Shown piece by piece: positions 27,320-38,450 of a DNA stretch of 64,000 nt (position 1 is its first letter; each line of letters opens with the position of its first letter). Below the pieces are notes generated by a model. The model saw only the letters and a list, made by a program, of their open reading frames with translations. It searched no databases and was not told the origin of the DNA. The stretch is from Candidatus Bathyarchaeota archaeon (GTDB lineage Archaea; Thermoproteota; Bathyarchaeia; TCS64): assembly GCA_043826455.1 (NCBI GenBank), contig JBDRQD010000048.1, positions 1-64,000 of the forward strand, given 5' to 3'. Position numbers and translations under genes: made by a program.

Positions 27320-30300
27320 CTAGCCCTTCAGCGGCAGCCTCAGAGTGAACACCGTGCCCACGCCCACCTCCGACTCGTAGCCTATGCTACCCCCGTGGGC
27401 CTCCACGCCTTGCTTTGCTATGGCAAGCCCCAGCCCCGTGCCCCGGGGCTTGGTGCTGAAGAAGGGCTTGAATACGCTGGCCCGGGCCTCCTCCGGGATG
27501 CCGCCCCCCGTGTCCCCCACAGATACCACGGCGTCCCCGTCTACCTGAGCCAGCCCCACGGTCAGGACACCGCCCTTGGGCATGGCCTCCACGGCGTTCT
27601 TGATGAGGTTCTCCAGGGCCCTCCTCAGCTTCACGGCGTCCACGTTGGCCGCCAGGAAATCCTCCTGGAACTCCCGCCTAACCTCCACGGAGTCGGGGAC
27701 CGCGGACTCGCCCAGGGCCGCGGACACCAGCTCCACCAGGTTCACGGGCGCCCTCCTCAGCTTACCCGGGGCCACAGCGTCCCGGAGGTCCTCCACTATA
27801 CTAGAGGCGTACCTCACGTTCTCGTCGATGACGGGGCAGTACTCCTTGGCCTTGGACGGGTCCCGGCTCACCAGGTAGCTGACGTTCCTGATGGTCTGGA
27901 GGGGGCTCCTCAGGTCGTGGGCCACCATGGAGGCCACCCGCCCCACGGCGGCCAGCCTCTCGGCGTCCAGGAGCTCCCCTGTCTTCTCGGCCACCTGCTG
28001 CTCCAGCTCGTCCATGGCGGTTAGGCGGCTGAGGGACGACGACACGTGGAGGGCCAGGAGCTCAAGTAGCCGCCGGTCATCCCCCGCGAAGGCGTCCAGC
28101 TCGGTGCTCTCAACATTGATAACAGCCCTCACGTCCCCGTCCACCCTCACAGGAACCGCAATCTCCGACAGGAAGTGAACCTCCGCGCCGCTGAGGATCA
28201 CATAGTCAGGGTCCTCTCTGACGTCCCTCACCAGCTGGGTCTCCCCCGACTTGTAGGAGCGCACCATGACGCTTCTGCTGCTCAGGTGAACCCGGTCCGA
28301 ACCCTCGATGCTGATCCCCGAGTAATACATGTACCTGAGCCACTCACCCTGGATCTCACCGACGCCGGCCCACTGGAACCCGAAGTCCTCCCTGATTATC
28401 TCTGTTGCCGCCCTGTACACGTCGTACGCAGTCTCCGCCTCCGAGAGGGCCAAGGCGCCCCTGTGAAGGGCCTCCAGTTTAGCGGCCCACACCCTCTCCT
28501 CCTCCAGCGTACTGAGGCGCTTCAATGCCGTGGACGCGTAGAGGCCCAGCATCTCCAGCAGCCTCCTGGCGTTGTCGTCGAACCCGTCAACCCTGGGAGA
28601 CTCGAAGTTAATCACCGCCACCGGGGCATCGTCCACAGTTATTGGCACAGCCAGCTCTGATCTGTAGTCGGGTGTGTCCCTCAGGCCCCCCGGCTGCACG
28701 TAGTCTTCGTCCAGGGACACGTCCGGCACGTACACTGCCAGCCCTGTCGCCAGGGCCCTGTTCACGATGCCCCGACCATCAAGGGGCATTTTGAAGCCCT
28801 TGTACTCGTCCCTCAGCCCCGAGGTGATGTACCTGAAATCCACTTTATCGCCCTCGATTACTCCTAGGGACCCGTCCCCACCACTCAGGATGGCCTCGGC
28901 CACGTCCAGGCAAGTTGAATAAACCTCTTCGGTTGAGGTGGACTCGATGATGTCTACGGCGCTGGAGTGGAGGGCCTCCAGGCTCCTCCGCAGCTGCCTC
29001 TCCCTCTCCAGGTTCAGCACGCGCTCCATGGAGGAGGCCACGTGACCCGCGAAGACCTCCAGTAGCCTCCTGTCGTCGTCGGTGAACGCGGAGGCCTCCG
29101 TTGACTCCAGGTTGATCACCGCGGCCACTCTACCATGAACCTTCACCAGGACATCCAGCTCCGAGAGGTGCTTCACGCCCCGGTACTTCTCCAGGTTGCT
29201 AACGAAGTCCGAGTCCAGTCTGGTGTCGGCTACCAGCTGGGCCTCACCCGTCCTGACGGCCCTGACAGTGATCCCTGGCCCGTCCAGAGCCAGTCTAAAT
29301 TCAGGCAGACTAGCGCTGCTCTCGTCGATCCACTCAAGGTAACCGTCCCTGACGACCCCGAAGGCCCCTTTGGGAAACTGGAGGGCGTCCTCGATTATCT
29401 CCAAGGATCTATCCGCTATCTCTTGAAGGGACTGGGTCTCAGAGAGCCGCAGGACGTGGGAGTGGAGCGCCTCCAGGCGCCTCCTGGCCCGGGTGAGCTC
29501 AGTGATGTCCCTGGATACGCTTAGCACCTGCACCATCCGGCCCTCCTCGTCTCTGATGGGGGACGCGAAGGTATGGAGTATCCTGCCGTCCGGAAGCTGC
29601 GCCACATCTTTCCGGGGCTCACCCGTCTCCAGGACCACGGCGTAGACGCAGCCTTCACAGGGCCGATCACGCTGATAGTTGACCTCGTAGCACATCCGCC
29701 CCACGGCGTCCTCCGGCTCTGTTTTACCGTCGGGGAAGGCGGCGTCGTTGACAAAGATGTAATGGTATGATAGGTCCTTCAGGCTAACGATGTCCTGCAT
29801 GGAGCGAAGGATGGTCTCACGGAGCTCCACCTCCTTCTGTACGGCCTCCTCTATGGCCTTCCTGTCCGTGACGTCCCTGTTGAAGGCCAGGTTGGCTGGG
29901 TTCCCCCTGTAGTTTACGCGGCTGAAAGAGGCCTCGATGATCCTCTCCTCGCCATTCGGCTTCACGATCCTGAACTCCAGAAACTTGGGGGCTTCCTGAC
30001 CGTTTTGGCGACTCAGTGTCCAGTTTATGTAAGTGTCCTGGTCGTCCGGGTGGACCCATGTGGAGGCGTCAACGCCGACGAGGCCCTCAGGGCCCTGGAA
30101 CCCCACCAGGTCAGCCATGGCCTGGTTAGCGTAGACTATCGTTGTGCCGTCCTTGATGGTGAAGGCGTCCCTGCTGCCGTCCACCACCGTCCTGTATAGC
30201 TCCTCGACCCGGTACCTGGCGACGGCCTGCTCGACTCTCCGGGCCAGTAACTGGTAGTGGCTCGGGTCCACCTCCTTCCTGACGTAGTCGTCAGCGCCGG

Positions 30301-30658
30301 CGTGGAAGGCCCTCTCGGCCACCTCCTCGCTCCCCTGACCCGTGTAAATTATGAAGGGTGTGTCCACCTTCTCCTTAATCCTTTTACAGAGCTCCACCCC
30401 GTCCATGGCAGGCATCTTGTAGTCCGAGACTATGCAGTCGAACGCGCTGTCCTTGATGGCGTTAAGAGCCTCGCGAGGAGAGGTGACCGTCTCCACGGTT
30501 ATGGCCTTATTCAGGCGTTCAAGGTTTCTCTTCAAAAAGAACAGCTGGTCGGAGTCGTCGTCTACGCTCAGCACCTGTATTACTTCGTCTATGGCGTCTC
30601 GCCCCCAGCAGAAAGGAGTTTTAATATAATATATACTTGTAGATGAAGGAATTACCAC
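27320..30658 (-). CDS. Hybrid sensor kinase REC-PAS-PAS-GAFx3-HisKA-HATPase
   Basis: VDDD..SDYKMP (REC), RDVTDRK/RDITE (PAS), three repeated SEL.VP..INxES GAF units, HDLRSPL, NAVEAM, GTGLGL; true start may be slightly downstream. Confidence 0.9.
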   Translation of the reverse strand: MVIPSSTSIYYIKTPFCWGRDAIDEVIQVLSVDDDSDQLFFLKRNLERLNKAITVETVTSPREALNAIKDSAFDCIVSDYKMPAMDGVELCKRIKEKVDTPFIIYTGQGSEEVAERAFHAGADDYVRKEVDPSHYQLLARRVEQAVARYRVEELYRTVVDGSRDAFTIKDGTTIVYANQAMADLVGFQGPEGLVGVDASTWVHPDDQDTYINWTLSRQNGQEAPKFLEFRIVKPNGEERIIEASFSRVNYRGNPANLAFNRDVTDRKAIEEAVQKEVELRETILRSMQDIVSLKDLSYHYIFVNDAAFPDGKTEPEDAVGRMCYEVNYQRDRPCEGCVYAVVLETGEPRKDVAQLPDGRILHTFASPIRDEEGRMVQVLSVSRDITELTRARRRLEALHSHVLRLSETQSLQEIADRSLEIIEDALQFPKGAFGVVRDGYLEWIDESSASLPEFRLALDGPGITVRAVRTGEAQLVADTRLDSDFVSNLEKYRGVKHLSELDVLVKVHGRVAAVINLESTEASAFTDDDRRLLEVFAGHVASSMERVLNLERERQLRRSLEALHSSAVDIIESTSTEEVYSTCLDVAEAILSGGDGSLGVIEGDKVDFRYITSGLRDEYKGFKMPLDGRGIVNRALATGLAVYVPDVSLDEDYVQPGGLRDTPDYRSELAVPITVDDAPVAVINFESPRVDGFDDNARRLLEMLGLYASTALKRLSTLEEERVWAAKLEALHRGALALSEAETAYDVYRAATEIIREDFGFQWAGVGEIQGEWLRYMYYSGISIEGSDRVHLSSRSVMVRSYKSGETQLVRDVREDPDYVILSGAEVHFLSEIAVPVRVDGDVRAVINVESTELDAFAGDDRRLLELLALHVSSSLSRLTAMDELEQQVAEKTGELLDAERLAAVGRVASMVAHDLRSPLQTIRNVSYLVSRDPSKAKEYCPVIDENVRYASSIVEDLRDAVAPGKLRRAPVNLVELVSAALGESAVPDSVEVRREFQEDFLAANVDAVKLRRALENLIKNAVEAMPKGGVLTVGLAQVDGDAVVSVGDTGGGIPEEARASVFKPFFSTKPRGTGLGLAIAKQGVEAHGGSIGYESEVGVGTVFTLRLPLKG

Positions 30659-30728
30659 AGAACACAGTAAGAGACACCTGTTTTACGGAAAATATGAAAG
30701 ATATGCGCTCTCGACGACTTTTAGCTTC

Positions 30729-31622
30729 TCAAGGTCTCAAATTTATCCTGAGGCCCGGCTCAGCGGCCTCGTTGTAGAGCTCCGTGAAGGCCAAGGGGCC
30801 TGACTTGAAGGTGGACACCAGCTCACCCCGGCCCAATTCCTCCTCGATAACCCTGCACATGCGGGCGCCCACCGTGTAGAAGGCTCGGCCAATGACCCCC
30901 ATGTCCCACATCATCTTCTCAACCTCCGACCCAGGCTTCTCGGCGACGGCTCGGAGGATCATGTTCACCTGGTCCAGGTGGTCTCTCACCGTCTCAGGGT
31001 CCTCCAGCATCTGTAAGTCCTTGTCGTCGGGGGCCGGGAACAGGTGCCTTGCCGTGTAGGCCGCGTAGGTGGCGGAGCCCTCGCTGTGAATGTTGCGGAG
31101 AATCTTCTCCTGTAGGCTGCTGTCCTCGTCATCTCCGAGCCAGTAACTGTAGCCGGCGTGGAATACCTCGTGGACCATTGTGTTCAGTATGTTGTCCGGG
31201 TTGCCCTTCCAGTAAGTGGCCGCCACGTTGAACACTATCTCCCCCATGGCGAAGGCCCTTGGTGGGATGAAGGCGGTGAGGTAGACCCCCACGTCAAGCA
31301 CCGTAGCCTCAGGTAGGTAGTCTAGGAGGTGTGGTATGGCGTCCCTCAGGAAGCGCTCTCTGGCACCCACTATGGTCTCGGTGATGCTGAGGAGGCTACT
31401 AGCACGTCTCTCATCCTCCGGCACCCGAGACCACTCGTCGATCCTTCTGCGCCAATCAACATAATCTATCTCGTAGTTCACCGCATTGGCCCAGTCCCTG
31501 GTGCACCTCTGGGCTGGGTAGCCGCCCCAGAACTCCTCCTCGTTATCAAAAACCCAGCGGGGCTCGTACACAATCTTCTCCAACGCCCCCGTGTCGAACC
31601 TGATGTCGTGACTCTTACTCAT
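30729..31622 (-). CDS. Putative Zn-dependent protease (DUF5700-like)
   Basis: HEVFH and EGSATY gluzincin-like motifs. Confidence 0.65.
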   Translation of the reverse strand: MSKSHDIRFDTGALEKIVYEPRWVFDNEEEFWGGYPAQRCTRDWANAVNYEIDYVDWRRRIDEWSRVPEDERRASSLLSITETIVGARERFLRDAIPHLLDYLPEATVLDVGVYLTAFIPPRAFAMGEIVFNVAATYWKGNPDNILNTMVHEVFHAGYSYWLGDDEDSSLQEKILRNIHSEGSATYAAYTARHLFPAPDDKDLQMLEDPETVRDHLDQVNMILRAVAEKPGSEVEKMMWDMGVIGRAFYTVGARMCRVIEEELGRGELVSTFKSGPLAFTELYNEAAEPGLRINLRP

Positions 31623-31724
31623 CCCAACGCCCTGAAAGGTGCACACCTGAAACTTATTTAAATGTGAGTAACATCATGTGACCACCTCGATACAGACTTA
31701 AAGAGCGCACCTTCTTCATCATGT

Positions 31725-32363
31725 ATGGTAACCGTCACGTGGCACGGCCACAGCCTCTTCCAGGTGCAGGGATCAGCCACAGTGGCCACCGACCCCCACA
31801 ACGGCGTCAGCTTGGGGCTACCCATCCCCCGATTCAAAGCCGACATGGTGACGGTGAGCCACGGCCACGGCGACCACGTGAGCGGCCTTAGCCTCTTCCA
31901 GGGCGTCACGGTGCTCACAGAGGCCGCGGAGGCCACTGTGAAAGGCGTCCGCCTGAAGGGCGTGGAGTGCCACCACGACGACGACAGGGGCCGTAGGCTG
32001 GGGTCTAACGTGGTGTGGAGCTTCAACGTGGATGGCGTCAGGTTCACCCACACCGGCGACCTGGGCCACCACCTCAGCGTCAGGCAGCTGTCCGAGATAG
32101 GCCCAACGGACGTCCTGTTCCTCGCCACCGGCTCAGACCTACCCCTGGCCGAGGAGAACGCAGCCCTCCTGGACCCCCGGGTCGTGGTGCCCATGCACTA
32201 CGAGACCCCCGGCATTGTCTTCCAGTGGTTCAAGATGAAGACGGTGGACGAGTTCATAGGGGGCAAGCAGCGGGTGGTGAATGTCGGCAGAAGCCACGAG
32301 TACGCCCCGGAGACCCTGCCCCAGAGACCCGAGATACACGTCTACACGCCGCCTAAGTTATAG
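31725..32363 (+). CDS. MBL-fold metallo-hydrolase
   Basis: WHGHS, SHGHGDH, HTGDLG, PMHY. Confidence 0.88.
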   Translation: MVTVTWHGHSLFQVQGSATVATDPHNGVSLGLPIPRFKADMVTVSHGHGDHVSGLSLFQGVTVLTEAAEATVKGVRLKGVECHHDDDRGRRLGSNVVWSFNVDGVRFTHTGDLGHHLSVRQLSEIGPTDVLFLATGSDLPLAEENAALLDPRVVVPMHYETPGIVFQWFKMKTVDEFIGGKQRVVNVGRSHEYAPETLPQRPEIHVYTPPKL

Positions 32364-32386
32364 AGGGCCGCCGCTGAACCATACCC

Positions 32387-33016
32387 ATGGAAGGCGTCAG
32401 GCAGATCATAGCGGAGGCGGTGAGGGGGCTCAGGGACAGGGAGACGGCAAGGGATGAGGCCCTGGGCCGGGCACGCCGCGCCAGGATGCTATCCAAGCGG
32501 GCCATCCTCCACCTCCACAACCTGGAGCCGGGGGACGCAGAGGACAGGCTCCTGGAGGCGGGGCGACTCCTGATGGAGATCGTGGGCTACACGGCGGAGC
32601 ACCCAGAGATGGAGTTCTACGAGGCCGTGGAGGCCGCCCGCCAGGAGTACGCGGAGGCCCAGATACTCTACGGGCTGAACACAGGCGCAGGGTACCCCTC
32701 GCCTGAGAGCCTGGGAGTCCCAGAGACCGACTACATTATGGGGCTGGCCGATGTCCCCGGCGAGCTCAGGAGGCAGAGCCTGGACCACCTCAGGGCGGGC
32801 AGCCTGGACAGAGCCGAGGCCAACCTGAGGGAGATGGAGGAGATATACATGAGCCTGGTGGAGGCCGAGGAGGCCAGCCTCCTCCTCAGGGGGCTCCGCA
32901 GGAAACTGGACGTGGCCAGGGCCGTGAACGAGCGGACCAGGGCCGAGATCACTGAGGAGGCCAGCAGAGCCAAGCTCACGTCGGAGCTCAGGAAGCTGGG
33001 AGACCGGCTGAGCTAG
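32387..33016 (+). CDS. Translin/Trax-family protein
   Basis: QEYAEA, YIMGLADVPGELRR, LRRKLD. Confidence 0.85.
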   Translation: MEGVRQIIAEAVRGLRDRETARDEALGRARRARMLSKRAILHLHNLEPGDAEDRLLEAGRLLMEIVGYTAEHPEMEFYEAVEAARQEYAEAQILYGLNTGAGYPSPESLGVPETDYIMGLADVPGELRRQSLDHLRAGSLDRAEANLREMEEIYMSLVEAEEASLLLRGLRRKLDVARAVNERTRAEITEEASRAKLTSELRKLGDRLS

Positions 33017-34229
33017 GGCTAGCCTCCTCCGGGGGCCTTACGTCCTTGAAGAGGAGGTACATGAGGGCCGCGGAGGCGAACTGGAAACCCGCTGCGAACA
33101 TGAAGGGCAGGTCCACCGAGACGTACTGGATTATGTACCCGGAGACCAGGGGCGCCCCTGCGGCGGTGAACCTGCTTATTATGGACACCATGCCGACGGC
33201 TGAGGCTTTCCGCCTGCTCCTTATGACCCCCATGAGGTAGCTTTGCCGGAGGGGCACATCGATCATGCTGAAGAAGGACTTGAACACCTGCATGTAGGCG
33301 GCTACAGCGAAGCTAGGGGCCAGTGGCGTCAGGAAGTTAACCGCCACTCCTGGCATCCTTGATAAGACTATGGCTTTAATGGTACCGACCCTCTGAGCCA
33401 TCCTCAGCCCCAGGTAGTAGCTGAGGGATGAGAAGAGGCGTGTGGCCCCGAAGAGGACCCCTATCTGGGCGGGCCCCATGCCCCACTTGAGGTAGAACCA
33501 GTAGCTGAGGAAGTTCGTGATGAAGCTGCCCCCGATCACGTCCAGGGCCAGGACGGCGCTCCACTTGAGAACCAGCGTCCTCTCGTACTCCGTCGGCTCA
33601 TCCTCCTGGCTGTGAACCGTTTTTTCTATCCTGGTCTCCCGGACAACGGTGTAGAGCAGAAAGGAGGCCGTCCCGCTCAACGCGAACAGCAGAAAAACAG
33701 GCCTGTAGCTCTCCAGCTCGGCCACCCCCCAGCCCTGAAGAACCTCGGGGGCAGCCGCCACCAGGGACCCGAAGACCCCGGCCATGGTCTCCATGAAGCT
33801 GTTGAGGCTGAACACAGAGGTCCGGTGCTCCGGGGCCACCTTCTCGCTCAGCATGGCCTGCTCAGCAGGCGTGTAGGGAAGGGAGCCGCTCACCGTGAAG
33901 ACCACGGCGGAGGCCATGAGCGGCCAAAGCTCTGTGGTCAGGACGTAGACGAGGCCTCCGGCGGCCATGATGGCCCCAGTGAAGAGGAGCACCGGCTTAC
34001 GCCCCCACCTGTCAGCCACCAGGCCCTCGGGGAGACTGCGGACCGCTGCGAAGAGGCTGGTGGCCGTGAACAGGAGGCCCAGGGTGAGGCTTGAGGCCCC
34101 CAGCTTGCTTAGGTAGATGGCCAGGCTGACGCTGAGGATGGAGGCGCTGAAGCTCCTGAGGGCCCTGGTGGAGAGGAGAATCCACGCGTCCCTGTCGAGG
34201 GACCTGAGCACCCCCAAGCTTCCAGACAT
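32988..34229 (-). CDS. MFS transporter
   Basis: Multi-TM pattern; GLVADRWGRK motif A; start chosen at MSGSLG. Confidence 0.85.
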   Translation of the reverse strand: MSGSLGVLRSLDRDAWILLSTRALRSFSASILSVSLAIYLSKLGASSLTLGLLFTATSLFAAVRSLPEGLVADRWGRKPVLLFTGAIMAAGGLVYVLTTELWPLMASAVVFTVSGSLPYTPAEQAMLSEKVAPEHRTSVFSLNSFMETMAGVFGSLVAAAPEVLQGWGVAELESYRPVFLLFALSGTASFLLYTVVRETRIEKTVHSQEDEPTEYERTLVLKWSAVLALDVIGGSFITNFLSYWFYLKWGMGPAQIGVLFGATRLFSSLSYYLGLRMAQRVGTIKAIVLSRMPGVAVNFLTPLAPSFAVAAYMQVFKSFFSMIDVPLRQSYLMGVIRSRRKASAVGMVSIISRFTAAGAPLVSGYIIQYVSVDLPFMFAAGFQFASAALMYLLFKDVRPPEEASPSSAGLPAS

Positions 34230-34284
34230 GTCTCCCCATACTGGTCTCAACCTGTATATAGATGATGAGAGCAGTGATACGTAC

Positions 34285-36114
34285 ATGGTGGACGCCGGGG
34301 AAGGGTACAGCCCCTCAGACTGGGAGCTCACCAGGCGGCTCCTAGGCTACATGAGGCCCTTCATGGGCATATTCGTGGGCATAGTTTTGACGGCCTTCGG
34401 CCGCCACGGCGTCTACGCCCTCATAGTGCCCCTCCTAGTGATGCTCATCATAGACTATATTCTGTTGCCGGTGCCGGGCGCGTCCCACTGGTTCCTGGAG
34501 CTGGTGAAGAGCCTCACCGGGGTGCAGACCCAGATGGGGCTCCTGGCGGCCCTGTGCCTGCTGATAGTGGCCCTGGCCGTGGTCAGGGGCCTCTTCCACG
34601 TCACCCACATAACCCTCCGCGCCGCCCTCAGCCAGAACATCCTCAGAGTCATGCGCAGGGACTTCTACTACGCCCTCATCCACAAGAGCTTCAGCTACCT
34701 GGACCGGGTCATGTCCGGCCAGATAATAAGCAGAGTCACCAGCGACATGGGGGCCATCGACCTCTTCTACAGCGAGACCGTCCGGGAGATATTCAGGCAC
34801 GGCATGCAGTTCCTGTTCACCATCTACATCCTGTACACGGTGGACCCGGGCCTCACCCTGGCGTGCTGCCTGCCCTTGCCCGTCATCTTCCTCTTCACCA
34901 GGCTCTACAGCAGCAGGGTCAGCGGCTATCTGGCGCGCGCCAAGAACCAGTTCGGGGACCTGAGCGGCATACTGGTGGAGGGCATAGTGGGCCACAAGCT
35001 CATAGTCACCCACGGCCAGGAGAGCCACATCACAGCCCGCTTCAGAGAGGAGAACCAGGCCTACGTGGACACCAGCCTGGGCGCAGCCCGCATCCAGAGC
35101 CTGTACAGGCCCAGCTCGGCTGTGATGGTGGCCGCGGGCCTCAGCCTCGTGGTCTACTACGGGGGCCAGCGGGTGGTAGCGGGGCAGCTTACCGTCGGCG
35201 AGATGGTGCTCTTCGGCATCTACTTCACCCAGCTGGTAGGCCCCGTCCGCATGTTCGCCCGCCTCATCATGTTCTACCAGGACGCCCTGGCCAGCGCCCG
35301 ACGGGTCTTCGAGGTCATAGACGTAGGGGAGGACGTACCGGAGCCAGAGAACCCCGTGGAGCTGGGCGAGGTGCAGGGGGAGATAGCCTTCGAAGGCGTA
35401 TCATTCAGCTACGGCGGCGCCGAGACCCTCACAGACATCAACCTGCGGGTGGCGCCCGGCGAGAAGGTGGCCCTCATGGGGTATGTGGGCAGCGGCAAGA
35501 CCACCCTAGCCGAGCTGGTGCCCAGGTTCTACGACGTGTCCGCGGGCCGGGTCACAGTGGACGGCGTGGACGTAAGAGAGATCAAGCTGGACACCCTGAG
35601 GCGCAACGTAGGCATAGTCCTCCAGGACGTATACGTGTTCAGCGACACCATAAGGAACAACATAGCCTTCGGTAAACCCGACGCCACCACCGAGGAGGTG
35701 GAGAATGCCGCCAGGGCCGCCCAGATACACGACTTCATAGCGGGGCTGCCGGAGGGCTACGAGACAGTCATCGGGGAGCGGGGCATCACCCTCTCGGGGG
35801 GCCAGAGGCAGAGGCTCACCATAGCCCGGGCCCTCCTCACGGACCCCAGGATACTGATACTGGACGACAGCACCAGCAACGTGGACGCGGAGACCGAGAC
35901 CCTCATCAGGCGAGCCATAGACGAGCTGCTCAGGGGCAGAACCGCCCTCATAATAACCCAGAGGGCGTCCACATGCGAAGCCGCGGACAGGGTCCTGGTC
36001 ATGGAGAAGGGTCGGGTCACCGCCCAGGGCACCCACAAGAAGCTGCTGAGAGGCAGCCCAGACTACAGGAGGCTGATAGAGAGCCAGGCCTTCCAGATAG
36101 GAGGTGAGGCCTAG
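34285..36114 (+). CDS. ABC exporter, fused permease/ATPase (subunit 1)
   Basis: GYVGSGKT, LSGGQRQR, ILDDSTS (degenerate Walker B); start MVDAGE. Confidence 0.92.
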   Translation: MVDAGEGYSPSDWELTRRLLGYMRPFMGIFVGIVLTAFGRHGVYALIVPLLVMLIIDYILLPVPGASHWFLELVKSLTGVQTQMGLLAALCLLIVALAVVRGLFHVTHITLRAALSQNILRVMRRDFYYALIHKSFSYLDRVMSGQIISRVTSDMGAIDLFYSETVREIFRHGMQFLFTIYILYTVDPGLTLACCLPLPVIFLFTRLYSSRVSGYLARAKNQFGDLSGILVEGIVGHKLIVTHGQESHITARFREENQAYVDTSLGAARIQSLYRPSSAVMVAAGLSLVVYYGGQRVVAGQLTVGEMVLFGIYFTQLVGPVRMFARLIMFYQDALASARRVFEVIDVGEDVPEPENPVELGEVQGEIAFEGVSFSYGGAETLTDINLRVAPGEKVALMGYVGSGKTTLAELVPRFYDVSAGRVTVDGVDVREIKLDTLRRNVGIVLQDVYVFSDTIRNNIAFGKPDATTEEVENAARAAQIHDFIAGLPEGYETVIGERGITLSGGQRQRLTIARALLTDPRILILDDSTSNVDAETETLIRRAIDELLRGRTALIITQRASTCEAADRVLVMEKGRVTAQGTHKKLLRGSPDYRRLIESQAFQIGGEA

Positions 36115-37988
36115 TGGCCGAGTACGTTGACAGGTACGACGTGGGCAGCCTAGAGTCCACCCAGAGAAGGTACACCGACGCCCAGCTGGTGAGGCGCCTG
36201 GTGGGCTATATGTTGAGGCACAAGGCTCTGCTGGCCCTGGAGCTGGTCCTGTTGACACTGAAGACGGCCACGGTGCTGGCGGGCCCCTACCTCTACAAGG
36301 TGACCCTGGACTTCTACATAGTGAACACCCCGACGAGCGACGGCGCCTGGCTGGCTGACACCATCAAGAGCCTGGCAACCACCCTAACAGGGATCACCGT
36401 TCCGGGAACCGCTCAGCTGCTGTTATCGGCGGCCCTAATCTACGCGGCCATTGCCCTGTGCGAGTGGGCCGCCACCAGCGCCCAGCTCTACTACGTGGAG
36501 AAGCTGGGACTCCTAGTCATAGCCGACATAAGGATGGACTTCTTCGACCAGATAAACAGGCTCAGCCAAAGGTTCTTCGAGTACGGGAACACGGGGAGAC
36601 TGGTTTCCAGGGTAACCAACGACGCCGAGGCCCTGAAGAAGGTCCTCAACACGGGCGTCATAGGGCTCCTGGCCGACCTCCTCATGGCCTTCAGCATATT
36701 GGCCATGATGGCCGCCCTGGACCTGCAGCTCACCCTCATAGCGCTGCTGCTGGCGCCCCTCCTGGCTCTGGTGAGCAAGGTCTTCCAGGGGTGGATACAG
36801 GAGGCCTGGAGGACGGCCAGGAGGAACGTGGCGAGCCTCACAGGCAAGGTCCAGGACCTGATGTACGGAGCCAAGGTCACCAAGGCCCTCAACCAGGAGG
36901 CGAGGAGCCTCCGGGAGTTCGATGCTGTGAACGAGCAGAACATGGAGAGCCAGATAAAGGCCGAGACCGTGTCGGTGGCCTTCAGCAGCGTGGTGACGGT
37001 GCTGAGCAGCGTAATGACGGCGGCCATCTGGTACCTGGGCGGAAGCAAGGTGATGACAGCGGCCCAGACCCTAGGCAGACTGGTTGCCTTCAGCAACTAC
37101 GCCGAGACCTTCTTCGAGCCCATACAGAACCTGGCCACCATGTACGGCGAGATCCAGAGCGCCCTCGCCGGCGCCGAACGCATCTTCGTCATACTGGACC
37201 AGGAGCCCGAGGTCAGGGAGGCCCCGGAGCCGGTGGAGTCGGAGACTGTACGGGGCGAGGTGGAGTTCAGGGACGTAGGGTTCAGCTACGTCAAGGATCA
37301 GCCCGTCATCAGGGGCGTCAGCTTCAAGGCGGTGCCCGGGGAGATACTGGCCATATTCGGGCCCACAGGCTCAGGCAAGAGCACCATAATAAACCTCATG
37401 GGCAGGTTCTACGACCCCACTCAGGGATCGGTGAGCCTGGACGGCGTAGACCTCCGGCAGCTCAGCTTCAAGACCCTCAGGCGGAGCACCTCCATAGTCC
37501 TCCAAGAGCCCTACATCTTCGCGGGCACTGTGGAGTACAACCTCAAGTTCGGGCGGCCCGAGGCCACCGACGAGGAGATGATTCACGTGGCCGAGGTGCT
37601 GGGCATCCACGACACCATAACCAGGCTGCCGGACGGCTACAAGACCGCCATCCACGAAAAGGGGAGCAACCTGAGCTACGGGCAGAGGCAGCTACTGTGC
37701 CTGGCCCGGGCCATAATTGCTGACCCCCGGGTCATAGTCTTCGACGAGGCCACCAGCAGCGTAGACCCCTACACAGAGTCCATGATCCAGGGTGCCCTCA
37801 GGAGGGAGATGGAGAAGCGGACCGTGGTACTGGTGACCCACAGGGTCTCCACGGTGAGGGACGCAGACAGGATCATTGTCTTGGACGGGGGCCTGATAGT
37901 TGGTGAGGGGCCCCACGAGGAGCTGGTGGAGAACAACGAGATGTACCGTAGGCTCTGCGAGATGCAACTAGTGGAGATACAGGATTAG
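36114..37988 (+). CDS. ABC exporter, fused permease/ATPase (subunit 2)
   Basis: GPTGSGKS, LSYGQRQ, VFDEATS; likely heterodimer partner of subunit 1. Confidence 0.92.
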   Translation: MAEYVDRYDVGSLESTQRRYTDAQLVRRLVGYMLRHKALLALELVLLTLKTATVLAGPYLYKVTLDFYIVNTPTSDGAWLADTIKSLATTLTGITVPGTAQLLLSAALIYAAIALCEWAATSAQLYYVEKLGLLVIADIRMDFFDQINRLSQRFFEYGNTGRLVSRVTNDAEALKKVLNTGVIGLLADLLMAFSILAMMAALDLQLTLIALLLAPLLALVSKVFQGWIQEAWRTARRNVASLTGKVQDLMYGAKVTKALNQEARSLREFDAVNEQNMESQIKAETVSVAFSSVVTVLSSVMTAAIWYLGGSKVMTAAQTLGRLVAFSNYAETFFEPIQNLATMYGEIQSALAGAERIFVILDQEPEVREAPEPVESETVRGEVEFRDVGFSYVKDQPVIRGVSFKAVPGEILAIFGPTGSGKSTIINLMGRFYDPTQGSVSLDGVDLRQLSFKTLRRSTSIVLQEPYIFAGTVEYNLKFGRPEATDEEMIHVAEVLGIHDTITRLPDGYKTAIHEKGSNLSYGQRQLLCLARAIIADPRVIVFDEATSSVDPYTESMIQGALRREMEKRTVVLVTHRVSTVRDADRIIVLDGGLIVGEGPHEELVENNEMYRRLCEMQLVEIQD

Positions 37989-37996
37989 CACGGGCG

Positions 37997-38290
37997 CTAC
38001 TTGTGGCGCTTGATCCTGTCCGCCTTTCTCTCAGCCGCCCTATAGGCGAACTTGCGGGTGCCGCTTATCTGGCTCCTGTGGAACCGGTGCCCCTGATCGC
38101 CCTTGTTCACGGCATCATAGAACTCCGGGTACGATATCTCCTCCCCGTGAAGCTTGGTGATCACCTCATTGAGAGACTCGCGCCTCTCGTCGTCGGCTCC
38201 GTCGAAGGCGTCGCTGTAAGCCTTGTACGCCACATTGAACTTGAAATCGGAGCCGTCGAAAACCAGTTTCTCTACGCGTCTATCGCTCAT
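37997..38290 (-). CDS. Hypothetical protein (97 aa)
   Basis: Fills the gap between genes; genome-typical codon usage; basic C-terminus. Confidence 0.65.
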   Translation of the reverse strand: MSDRRVEKLVFDGSDFKFNVAYKAYSDAFDGADDERRESLNEVITKLHGEEISYPEFYDAVNKGDQGHRFHRSQISGTRKFAYRAAERKADRIKRHK

Positions 38291-38450
38291 ACTCTAACTT
38301 TCCAGCACCACGAATATGTGTGAGGCTTCATTTAAGTCTCTTCATGGGGTCCAGGGTGAAACCCTTAAATGACGCGGGTAAGGCGATAAAACTGGATGCA
38401 TGAGGGCCCAGGGGCCCTGAGTGTATACCGACGAAGTAGGAGTGAAAGAG

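Noticed and set aside
34435..37967. Long alternative-frame ORFs (e.g. 34554-35675, 36458-37723) and similar shadow ORFs across the GC-rich region
   Set aside because: They overlap well-supported genes and have low-complexity R/G/P-rich translations typical of GC-rich off-frames.
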